Assembly: GCA_000165345.1 (NCBI GenBank)
Contig: CM000434.1
Coordinates: 448,001 to 512,000 of the forward strand
Length of the DNA: 64,000 bases
Direction of reading: 5' to 3'
Shown here: piece by piece, positions 12,101-20,200 of the stretch
How positions within the stretch are numbered: position 1 is the first letter of the stretch
Layout of the letters: every line of letters starts with the position of its first letter
Made by a program: the position numbers and the translations under genes
Notes under the pieces: model-generated
The model's database searches: none
Told to the model about the DNA's origin: nothing
What the model saw: only the letters and a program-made list of their open reading frames with translations

Positions 12101-13270
12101 CACCTTAAATTCGTTTTTGTAATTTGATAAATTTAATTTAGCACTTAAATCATTTATGTAGTCTTCTAGAAGTTGGAAAGGCTCAAAGCTTATATATAAG
12201 TTATTTATCCCAAATAAAGAAATAATTTGTTTAAAGTATGAAAAAATATTGTTTGAATCATCTTGAATTGACTTAGAAATGTTTCCTATTGATTTTATGT
12301 AATTTTCTTCAAAGTTGGTATTTGTTATATATCTTTCAATTTCAAGACACTTTTTTTCGTATTTCTTACAACATTCTATTCTTAATAATATATTTTCGAA
12401 AATCTTATTATATTTCTCTTGAAGTGCCAATTTAGGAGATGTGCCTTTAACTTTTAGTTCTCTATAGATTTTGATAAGTGAATACTTTATCTCCTTAATT
12501 GTCTCGGTGTAATTACTGTGATCTGATAATTCAAAGTTATCTTCATCTAAAATCATGGAGCATAATTTCTGCAACTTAAGTTCTTTTAACATAAGATCTC
12601 CAAATATATGGTCATTATTCTTATTTGCTGAAATTGAATTCCTTATATTAAATAAATTCCAAGAACTGAAAAAATCAAATAAATATTCACAATTCACTAT
12701 AATTTTTTTATTAAATATTTCTTCTTCCGAATAATCACCCAAAATCCTCTCCAGAACAATACTACATTCCAAAAAATCGCCTTGATAGAATAAAACTTTG
12801 CAAAGTAATTTAAATAGAACATTTTCTTCTTCAAGGCTTGAATTCATTTTTTCCAATTTATTTTCTCGTTGGCAAATAAGAAACTCTATACAAAATCTAC
12901 AAAGTTTTAAAACATTTGTGGTTCTTCCATCTAATGCTTCAATAAAACTATTTCTTTTTAAAACATTATTTTCTCCAGAAAATGATATAGAATTAAATAT
13001 TCTATAATATCTATCCAAAATTTCAACCCCAATGTTTGCAATGGTTTTGCAGGTATTTAGCCTTGCATTACCATCATAAATATCATCTTTGAATAATGAA
13101 AAAAGCTTTTTTGATTCATTTTCGAAAGACAGTAATATGTCATAGTTACATAATTGTTCAATATTCATAGCAAATAGTCTATTAAAAAGTATAAATTGAA
13201 TTTCATGTATTCCCGCATCAACTTGAAAAGTAACATTTATTATTAACAATCCTTCTAAAGAAAGATGCAA
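6167..13270 (-). CDS. Very large (2367 aa) low-complexity hypothetical protein
   Basis: Uninterrupted 7.1-kb ORF rich in N/I/L/K/F codons, typical of coding DNA in this AT-rich genome. I recognise no domain or catalytic motif by eye. Confidence 0.6.
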   Translation of the reverse strand: MHLSLEGLLIINVTFQVDAGIHEIQFILFNRLFAMNIEQLCNYDILLSFENESKKLFSLFKDDIYDGNARLNTCKTIANIGVEILDRYYRIFNSISFSGENNVLKRNSFIEALDGRTTNVLKLCRFCIEFLICQRENKLEKMNSSLEEENVLFKLLCKVLFYQGDFLECSIVLERILGDYSEEEIFNKKIIVNCEYLFDFFSSWNLFNIRNSISANKNNDHIFGDLMLKELKLQKLCSMILDEDNFELSDHSNYTETIKEIKYSLIKIYRELKVKGTSPKLALQEKYNKIFENILLRIECCKKYEKKCLEIERYITNTNFEENYIKSIGNISKSIQDDSNNIFSYFKQIISLFGINNLYISFEPFQLLEDYINDLSAKLNLSNYKNEFKVNSDRRTRSKNVNNDLPNVNLNKEVIERDLLLELDNPLKKIIIDISSNTVTFPKYNDKQYKIWIQTIPYYCYNLILSVLKKEEMKCDNIFSLNLNNNFPSIEQFDEMIVHETNFITEQYSAMLETKYVSFQDIKQLFDNLRHKFLMNFDEQHIFEVDNRFSFLSGNLLTSVDEFLLNSNNLLNKIQKFIFSTKNEDIIITSETISSLLFSITEKLFKYTMGIITNIVDFTKFHRYNDKPTIRFQCSNHKSRIFDKNYLCSKLTSKLYYLLFQVNKQIQKEILLLFYSIMKTLIIFIFVTNNIISNTKSNIQISFYNELKSNFLYLLDTFTIIKEKLNNYLISEIDLSTKKLLIIFKVIEIPIVKIYLEDELVFFLKEDLMKISGYAGNINLILKLFSDLDQNNQGGIISTGFALKLLSDNSIRTIKEKFSNWISIYNSKCSHEFPTYDIIANYSVFLDNNYLEYMQMKKINCNLRNEIIDHKFLQHTNSIILDINQWIKKFERFDLSENFCEFLISLLKNLVLIINKDIQYLYFNNIIVNSIISNITKLIIKITEIYELNLINISKLSKKPLHKLTMETILINISCIHKVFMNNLSANKLNILVMKNLINLLIALFDFFKYSSTIEEISSNSIINLIRYLTYLEFSFEFVKDENKEQKETKVYTKQSEEDTFKRHILNNYCILFPIIEEQTFDFEGIYDINEVMINEQFDKFFNSTLSTKVLLLTITIKYGLFSNLSVIENWFKEIYTFVQVYKTNSHLKNWNLLYHNCRKVVKNYSALFCNLNMKKLYEKIELEKYCLFPEQETEYLELLGIQFQLLYGLPVCPLPSMPFNKMAIYNQSQIYDYLFDLKILVSNETNFKNLFINWIINLIKNNEFRSSGILEYISPYSPLIILSCNIFQTLINCTSLTERQYSDSKVKFYTSIIGLVERLFFNLNNLKEADAGNIWNIISSPLIYPLFMETLSEIMNSEKFYFDTTGKTLLQDDFSSILYNSQVSDQILNYYDNIMVLSPSFSNFEMDEFEVEKHGFEDLLFDEISIYIKENNLVIASLEPLLYSKYYYTILLDRFMKSNLDIKYLSNEFLDETLVQIRSKVENLISFPNGDNIFLKINWKNNIQKFIPFRFIKDCFISCIPVSYMDRSSSLWSPGRFGVTGNNNIQLSLSTLFKYLKLLNMNLFLMDNYDLNIVTCCNNVLKQIICELDDYDTFQRLERNFPVFIKRMVAQLIYLLQCEIKFFLKPERNIQIPYSQIVNNILSASFDQLIIRLINIKSVYGKTNAKYLLIYLNKVKVLSKHNFNNEIFPRSFEKDLLINLIQVISKLRKTLFTEFIPKISNEEKKWYCIYTNSFSQIQNCVWLPSLLESKARFKLAKIMISSFIYSPVDNHNHVEAAITELKNSYYLSIESLIICYLILSGNTDEIDTFFKNYEKHSGIEITKFFNSRLITIYILFFNIYLNKFPEKNPLYNKIGFMKSQINDILKNINISYSNLSTNLAGILFYFYKSFINLQSIKQFIVLFITNKSFPINDNEIAEFKDLIKINSHSINNYSITEMINELIFDELNSSQTTLKKNKLTQSIFTPIINQSFSYFSMINYILLGENSTNLLLYYQKFLLLNKKVMNFWGLETNKLINDHYNGLYLRRNRKYLCYKYKFMLVPSMLILVIKNEITFDMNNILYNCINSETEIFACFNKDLTLDDRYSSPIFFPIYNSLLDTKCDNFANLSDISYYYLVNLNQILDHLIDLLINEFKSIRQLPAVEKFEYLINDQIKNNNKKGINTNLIDIGIINWNDISESGHFNISLNIILKILNNILDIFNFVDEIGLPVDGKLFSSLFGLVIIFYKYEIVSSEHKKSQLKSEFAQCIPLSVIKQLERQLGSFLQTNIPFSVVHKIGEIKVSLEFNFINIFNKCFTFSLDKKVIYSRNYFLEVVKLLIQFLGISSNGVNFVNLYSENSEVIEGFLFEEIMPEVKKRKRYDTSLFD

Positions 13271-13485
13271 TTATTAAAATTATAAGCTTTAACTTTAAGA
13301 ACTATTTCCAATGTTTCTAAGTGATTTATTGTGTTATATTGAGATTAAATTAATCATAATAAAGACTAAAAGCCGCAAATTTATTCACTACTTTATGTTA
13401 TAGCAATTTTTCGGCGCATATAATACGTGTAATAATACCGATTGTTAAATATCGCACATTTCTTATATAAAGACATTCAATAATC

Positions 13486-14106
13486 ATGAAACATACAAAA
13501 TATCTACTATTGTTGCTTACTCCTACATTCTTAGTATATTGTTCAAATATAACTCCCAAATTGGAAAATGATACTTTTATAGACGCTTTAGACAAGGATT
13601 TGTCTGAGAATGAAAAAGAAAAAAAAATGACAGTTTGTTTTGAACTAACACAAAAGGAATTCATAGAGAAACGTGATGTTTATCAGAAGATAGCTGCTTC
13701 AATAAAAGATAAAGAGTCAATAACTTCTAATGATGCGCTTAGAGCGCTTTTCCATCAGAACCTCATTACTTGCTACTTCAACTCAAATATAAAAGATATA
13801 AATTCTGTCATTAATAGAAATATACCGAAAGAAGGGATCGCGAAGATGTTTACAGTTAGTGAAAACACCCCACTAAGATTTTCGTCCAATCAATTAAAGA
13901 TTCTTGAACGAGTTATCTCAATGAGTACAAAAAATACAGGCAAACAAATTTCTGGAGGAATTGCAAAACAATTAAGTGGGTTTTATGGGCATTTATATTT
14001 CATTTTTGCGCTACTTCTAATTGGAGTTTCATTTTATTTTGCTCTAGATCGTCTGAATAAAAGCATTAAAGGCGCTAAAGGAAAGATAACTAAAAAGAAC
14101 AAATAA
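13486..14106 (+). CDS. Small type-I membrane / secreted protein (signal peptide plus C-terminal transmembrane segment), hypothetical
   Basis: 206 aa. N-terminal hydrophobic signal 'MKHTKYLLLLLTPTFLVYCS', C-terminal TM 'LYFIFALLLIGVSFYFAL' and a basic tail 'KGAKGKITKKNK'. Confidence 0.5.
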   Translation: MKHTKYLLLLLTPTFLVYCSNITPKLENDTFIDALDKDLSENEKEKKMTVCFELTQKEFIEKRDVYQKIAASIKDKESITSNDALRALFHQNLITCYFNSNIKDINSVINRNIPKEGIAKMFTVSENTPLRFSSNQLKILERVISMSTKNTGKQISGGIAKQLSGFYGHLYFIFALLLIGVSFYFALDRLNKSIKGAKGKITKKNK

Positions 14107-14139
14107 GCTCTAAAAGAATAATCCTTGATTAAATTAACA

Positions 14140-17100
14140 CTATTGCCATTGTATGGGTTGGGATTCATTAGCTGAGTTGATTTTACTATTATCAATTTCC
14201 CAGGTTCTTCCTCTTCTAACTTGTTCTCCTTTTGAAAAGGTGATTTTGGATTTTCCTTCGATTTGTTTGTTTCCTTCAGGATTTTTTCTTGCAATAAGTG
14301 CAATAGGATCAATTACTTGGTATAATTCTTTTGACCTTGTTGAGTTTAAGTCAAAAAACTGTACAGAGGTTTTCACTGGAATGAACCAAGGAAAGCTATT
14401 CTCTATTGTAATCATTGATTCTGTAGTTCGTATTCCAAAAAGTGATTTAATGCAAAATGATTCATCGCATATGTATTCACATTTATCGATTTTTATAGAA
14501 CCTCCATTTTCGGAAATAAAAAGTGGAATATTGGATTTTTCTGAAGATGTGTTTGTTGTATTTTTTCTTGAAATCAAATAATTAACTTGAAGATTTTCAA
14601 TATATATTTTTGATGAATCTTGCGACACTAAAGTTGTCGGATAGGAAATTACAGCGCTTTTAGCAATAAAAACACCACCATCGTCAGTAAACACATCTCC
14701 CTTAATAATTGTTTTATCACAATTCAGTATTGAAAATTCATCTACCATAATTCCACTATTTACTTCTAATAAATATCTTTCAGAAACATTCATGAGTGAA
14801 TTTCCTTGTAGTACAACTACTTTATTAATATTTACTTGATACTGCTGAATTGCATTATTTTCCCTTTTAATATTTATTATTGAACCGGATGTTAATATTA
14901 CGCTTTCGATTGAAATGCTTCCTTCGAAGACAAGCATTTCAGAAAATGTGTCAATTGTAAGATTGCCATTAATTAGAAGATTGATTGGAATTTTATTTCT
15001 AAACAGAAATAAATCCGTAAATTCATTTCCTTTTTCTCCATTTACCACTGTTAAAGACTTCGTCGACATACCCAAGCTCCCCTGATTAATATAAATTTGT
15101 TCTACTTCAAGATAGCTTTTCATAATTAAAACAACATTTCCATTTTTCACAATTAATTTCCCGTTAATTATAAATATGCCATTAGAAATGAAAAAACTCT
15201 TATAATCGTTAGATTTTACTTCAAAGCTTGGATTTACACTATTAATTATTAAATTACCTTTATTTATAAAAAAGCTAGATTTTCTTGTTGAAATAAATGA
15301 TTTCCCAACTTCCATACTTTCTCCTAATAGAAAACTCCCTTCAATTAAATCTACATGCTCATTTACCTTCAAACTACCATTAGCAATGAACATATTACTT
15401 GAATTTGATACAAGTATTGAACCAAGAATACAGTGTTGATATCTCTCACAATTATTATTTGAATTATTATTGCTATTTGAGTCATTTGAATGACCTAAAA
15501 TTAGGATTTCTGATCCGTCACTAATGACAGCATTTTCAAAAATACTAACTTTGCCCATGGACAAAAACTCAGATCCATCATTTATTTCAATTGAGCCTTG
15601 CACAAATACTTCTCCATAAATTGTAGCAGCTGATGCTGAAACAACTTGGAAAAATCCTGCCATTTTATCATTTATTTCTGTATATTGTGTACTGCTTATA
15701 CCAAAAATACTTGAAATATTATAGCTATTATGATAATATTCTATATTTTCAATGCTTTGGTTCAGTATTTTAAGAGAGTCAGCGTAAAATGTAGACGAAT
15801 CTCTTATTGATGCAATGTGTAGCATTACATTCCCACCTATTCGAATTTTAGAACCGGAATGTAACAATAAAATACTATTAATTTTTAATTCTCCCTTTTT
15901 CACGATAACAACTGATGATCTAATTAAAGATAGCCTGCTTGTAAAGATAGATGAATTCATCATATGAAGGCTTCCGGAATCCCTAATATGTATGCCTAGC
16001 CCATGCGTAGTGTTAGTTTTCAAATTACCGCAAGTACCAAAAACAAGGCCTGCATCAGAAATAACGACTTCGCCAGCACTAATATCGCCTCTTACCCATA
16101 ATTTACCACTATTTCCGACATATATCTTTCTCCCAGACCATAGAGAGCCCAAGTTCTGTTCTTTTGTTTCACTTTCATTGGATTTGGAACTATCTTGAAA
16201 TTGATTTTGAACAATATTATTATCAAATGTATTTAAACAACTGTTAGAGGCATGAAAAAGTTTAACTCTAGTGATAGAAAAAGGGTTCCAGCTATCTGAT
16301 CCACTATTATTCTGATATACATCAGAAAATAAATATAGAACTCCAATAAATAGATTAGATGACAGATCCACCTGTAAATCTGCGGTGTAGACATTTTTTC
16401 CAACAATCAATTTCCCAATGACTATTAAGTTAGAAAATGGAAGTATCATTGAGCCTCTTACAGTTAAACCTTTCCTAATAATACACCTTCTTTTTGAGTG
16501 TATTGGTTGAGTTTTACCAACTGACAAATTTTGAGCTTCAAGTGCATCAAACGAAGTCAGAGTATTTAGCTGACCATTTGCAACAATAAGATCTCCACAT
16601 ATTAAGACATCGCCATCAACAATAACTGAGACACAATTTGAATCTTCGAGAACCAAATCTTCATTTTCATAATTCAATATTATATCCCCGGAATCGGAAT
16701 AGGAATATTCGTTTGAATTATATGAATATGCAATTGGAGAAGGATCGAAAGCATTTTCACAATAACTTCTTTCTTTCATATTTTCAAAACCTTTCAATCT
16801 TTTTTCGTTGCAATATTGATTCTTTATACCAGAAGTAGTTGGGCAGCTAAAGCCAATATTTCTGATTTGATCTGCTAATAGATCATACATTTGATTTACT
16901 TGATTAATATAAACCTTTTCTTTTGTATCATTGATTAATTTACGCAATTTTTCATGCTCCTCATTGAATTTAATCTCATATTTATTCATTAATTTTCTTT
17001 TTACTAAATTCTGAATTTCATTTTGATGAATCCTTTCTGATACTGTTATCGGATTGCTAAATTCATAATCAGGAATCCATGGTAGAGAATTTGCAACAAT

Positions 17101-17175
17101 AATTAGAGATAGGCATTGGATCACAAATATAAAAATTACGCGTGGTAATAATATCAAGTTGTCCCTAAAATTCAT
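14140..17175 (-). CDS. Secreted or membrane-anchored protein with putative right-handed beta-helix-like repeats, hypothetical
   Basis: 1011 aa. N-terminal signal/TM 'VIFIFVIQCLSLIIVANS', then a short coiled region. There are long runs of roughly 20-25-aa units rich in G/N/S/I/V (e.g. 'NGSLKVNEHVDLIEGSFLLGESMEVGKSFI', 'INGKLIVKNGNVVLIMKSYLEV') that resemble parallel beta-helix repeats. The fold assignment is inference. Confidence 0.5.
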   Translation of the reverse strand: MNFRDNLILLPRVIFIFVIQCLSLIIVANSLPWIPDYEFSNPITVSERIHQNEIQNLVKRKLMNKYEIKFNEEHEKLRKLINDTKEKVYINQVNQMYDLLADQIRNIGFSCPTTSGIKNQYCNEKRLKGFENMKERSYCENAFDPSPIAYSYNSNEYSYSDSGDIILNYENEDLVLEDSNCVSVIVDGDVLICGDLIVANGQLNTLTSFDALEAQNLSVGKTQPIHSKRRCIIRKGLTVRGSMILPFSNLIVIGKLIVGKNVYTADLQVDLSSNLFIGVLYLFSDVYQNNSGSDSWNPFSITRVKLFHASNSCLNTFDNNIVQNQFQDSSKSNESETKEQNLGSLWSGRKIYVGNSGKLWVRGDISAGEVVISDAGLVFGTCGNLKTNTTHGLGIHIRDSGSLHMMNSSIFTSRLSLIRSSVVIVKKGELKINSILLLHSGSKIRIGGNVMLHIASIRDSSTFYADSLKILNQSIENIEYYHNSYNISSIFGISSTQYTEINDKMAGFFQVVSASAATIYGEVFVQGSIEINDGSEFLSMGKVSIFENAVISDGSEILILGHSNDSNSNNNSNNNCERYQHCILGSILVSNSSNMFIANGSLKVNEHVDLIEGSFLLGESMEVGKSFISTRKSSFFINKGNLIINSVNPSFEVKSNDYKSFFISNGIFIINGKLIVKNGNVVLIMKSYLEVEQIYINQGSLGMSTKSLTVVNGEKGNEFTDLFLFRNKIPINLLINGNLTIDTFSEMLVFEGSISIESVILTSGSIINIKRENNAIQQYQVNINKVVVLQGNSLMNVSERYLLEVNSGIMVDEFSILNCDKTIIKGDVFTDDGGVFIAKSAVISYPTTLVSQDSSKIYIENLQVNYLISRKNTTNTSSEKSNIPLFISENGGSIKIDKCEYICDESFCIKSLFGIRTTESMITIENSFPWFIPVKTSVQFFDLNSTRSKELYQVIDPIALIARKNPEGNKQIEGKSKITFSKGEQVRRGRTWEIDNSKINSANESQPIQWQ

Positions 17176-17282
17176 AAAGTTTTGTTTAATTTTTTTTTCG
17201 AAGTTTCAATTATGTTGCAGGATTGCATTGTCGGCGCTTAATTGTGTGGAAAGAAAAAGAATAAAATGATTAATTATAATTA

Positions 17283-20200
17283 TCAAGCTAAAGCGTCTAT
17301 ACATATACATTTATGTATCATTGACTCAAATTTTTCAGATAGTGCTCTTATATTCACATTATTTGAAGATTTAATCAAATACCTGACTTTTGCTACGAAG
17401 TAAATTGGTAGTTCAATTTGTTTATCTGAGATTATAGCTGTAATAAACCTCAGAGCTTCATCGATAAAACTAAAGCTAAGTAAATTTTCGATTACATTGA
17501 TAAAAATGTGTATATGTTGACCAATTGATGTTGAGCAACTTCTAATTATCTTCATCAAGTACTCTGGGTCTTTATACATTTTTTTTAATTGAATAGGTAG
17601 GATTGAAGTATAAGCGCTATCCGATGGATTATCACTGTTCATTGCACCGTAGATGCGTTCATTTGCCAATAATGCAATGTGAACGCCCTGGAGAAAATAA
17701 GGAGAGTGATTTATACGGCTTATTATTGAACTCCAATAATTAATATTAATAGCAAAGGCCAAATTGTCAGATCCTTTCAGTATTTGTATATTTCTAAGCT
17801 TAGCATTTTGAAGGAGTATTTCTTCGAATACTGTAATTTTCGGATCTGGTGAGCTATATGATAACTTTTTTTTTTTCTGTCCACTAGTTTGCGTTAGGAA
17901 ATCATTTTTATATTCAACTAAAGAATTAAAATATATTGTATTGTATGATAAAAAAAAGCAATAAGTGAACATCCAAAATCCAATAGTTTTATAAATATTA
18001 TTTGGAATAAATTGAGTTAAAGGGTTCGAAAAAATTATCCATTTATTATTTGAAAGATTTGAAGAATAATCTTTAAGATAATTGTTCATAAACTTATTTG
18101 CAACTTGGGTTAGTCTGTGTGAAGTCTCAAAGTAGCCATTGATTATTAAGTAGTAATTTAGCTCTACAATAGATATGCTTAACAAACTAGCTAAGTTTTT
18201 TGAACAAAACAGATGCGGATTAAATATTGTTTTGAAGTAAATTCCACTACGTTCTAAGTAATTCTTGTATCTTTCAATGTTTTTGCAAAAATTAATGAAA
18301 TGTTGATAAGTTTCTGCTAAAGTTAAATCTGAAGTTAATAATTTATTTATTCCGACAAAATACCACTTTAAGTAAGAAATATATTCAATAGACGGTAAAA
18401 ATGTGACCTTATGGTGAATTCCTTGAGAATAATTATTTTGATAGATTATTTTTGGAAGTTCAATACCGAAAAAGAGATTTGGTATACAAATAGGTTTATC
18501 AGAATATTGCCGATCATTAAATTGGTTTATTAGTGTAGCGCTTGAATAAGTAATGCATGTGTTTAATGAAGAGATAATTATGTTTAAAGGCTCGGAATCC
18601 GCATTAATGACTTCTTTTTCAAAGCTGAAGTATTGGATTATACCACTCAAATTCTCAAGCGCCTCATTTATGATTTTAAATGAATCGAATTCTTCATAAC
18701 GAGAATTATTCATTAAAATAAATTCTATCCAGCTCTCCGGAAATAAAGCATTTGTACAATTATTATATGAACACAAATCGCAATATTTATCCAGTGCATT
18801 TAAATATGCTAAAGTGACTATTTCTTGATACCTCTCTCCTCTTTTCCATTCATTCATTAGAAACTTATAAATTGATCGAACTATGAAAGCACCTTTTGAG
18901 TAAAATCTTAAAAAAGCTTCCGAATTAGTGTTATTAAGGAATTTAGTTTTTTTCCAGAATATCTGAATTAACAATGAATAAAATTCTTCAAGTTCAGTTG
19001 CAAAAACTGATGCCGAAATTGTAGAAAATTTCAATTCACTTTTATTTTCAACTTTGTTTGACAAATAATGCTTGATCCAAAGGACCATCAGAAACAGCAT
19101 TTTCTCATGCTTAGAATTAAAGCATGACAATGATTTATTTAGAAGCTTAACTATTGAATGATCTTCGATATTATTTCCGCTCAAATATATATATTGTATT
19201 AGATATTTTTTATGAATCTCATTAATTAATATTTTCTGGTTTGGAGAGCAACTGGAGAAACATGCGCATATCAGATTAATTGATATTTCTAATAAATTAA
19301 AGTATATTGAATTATAGTATATTTTTATTCTTGGTTTACTAAACAATCTAAATATTAATGAAATTAAATAAATAACTTTGATTTCGTTGCAAGAAAACCC
19401 TTCAAGTATGTTTTTTTTATTTTGATCTTCTTTTGGTTTAATTAATTCAATGATTTCATCAACTAACTTAATATCACTGATCAATTGTTTTAATATTGAA
19501 AGTGATGAATCTGAAGTATGACTTTTATAGGGAAGCAAACGAATGATATATGAAATGTAGCGCGTGTAGTTGTGTTCAAAACATCCATTGATAATTTGTT
19601 GTTCAAGGTAATCGTAAACTAAGTCAACCAGCTGAAAATTACATTCTTGAGAAACTTTTTTAGAACAAAAGTCATTAAGAAATAGCTCCCAGAAAATTTT
19701 ATTTGAAAAAATATATAGAGAAAGATCATTGGCTCCAGAATCGATAAAAACATCTGAAGAAAAAAATTTGTATATTGAATTATAATATAAATAAACCCTA
19801 TAAACTTGATCAACAGACGGAACAAAATGATGTTCATTGATCCTCCCACAATTATGAGTAATAATATTCAACTTTCCTGTTACCATATATTTGCCTAGAT
19901 TCAAAAATGAATAATCTTCTGAAAAAAACTGTAATATATTTTCAACTCCACAGCTATATGTTAAATTTATATTTCTAATTAAATTTTTCCAGGAAAAATA
20001 CTTGAAAATATTTCTTGTAATAATTGAATAGATATTCAAAATTAAAATAGTATTTTTTACCTTCATTATTTCTAAATTAGAAGCTTTAAAATATTTATTA
20101 GTTTCTTTATCCACGGAATTTAATACTAAGCACTTAACATCACCGTTATGATCTGCTTTAATTGATTTTCCAACGAAATTTAAAACTTCATCATTTGATG

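Noticed and set aside
13398-13664. 88-aa minus-strand ORF overlapping the start of the 206-aa plus-strand gene and its promoter
   Set aside because: Overlaps the signal-peptide region of a better-supported gene; low-complexity translation; likely spurious.
14153-14581. 142-aa plus-strand ORF inside the 1011-aa minus-strand gene, and other antisense ORFs inside the giant genes (6627..6812, 11236..11714, 12798..13007, 15992..16838, 19619..22086, 26352..26851, 28057..28445, 29421..34682, 37765..37992, 41051..43102, 46844..50424, 52378..53637, 56721..58112, 61002..61217)
   Set aside because: All are short, embedded in longer ORFs with recognisable homology or coding composition on the other strand or frame, and have low-complexity translations.
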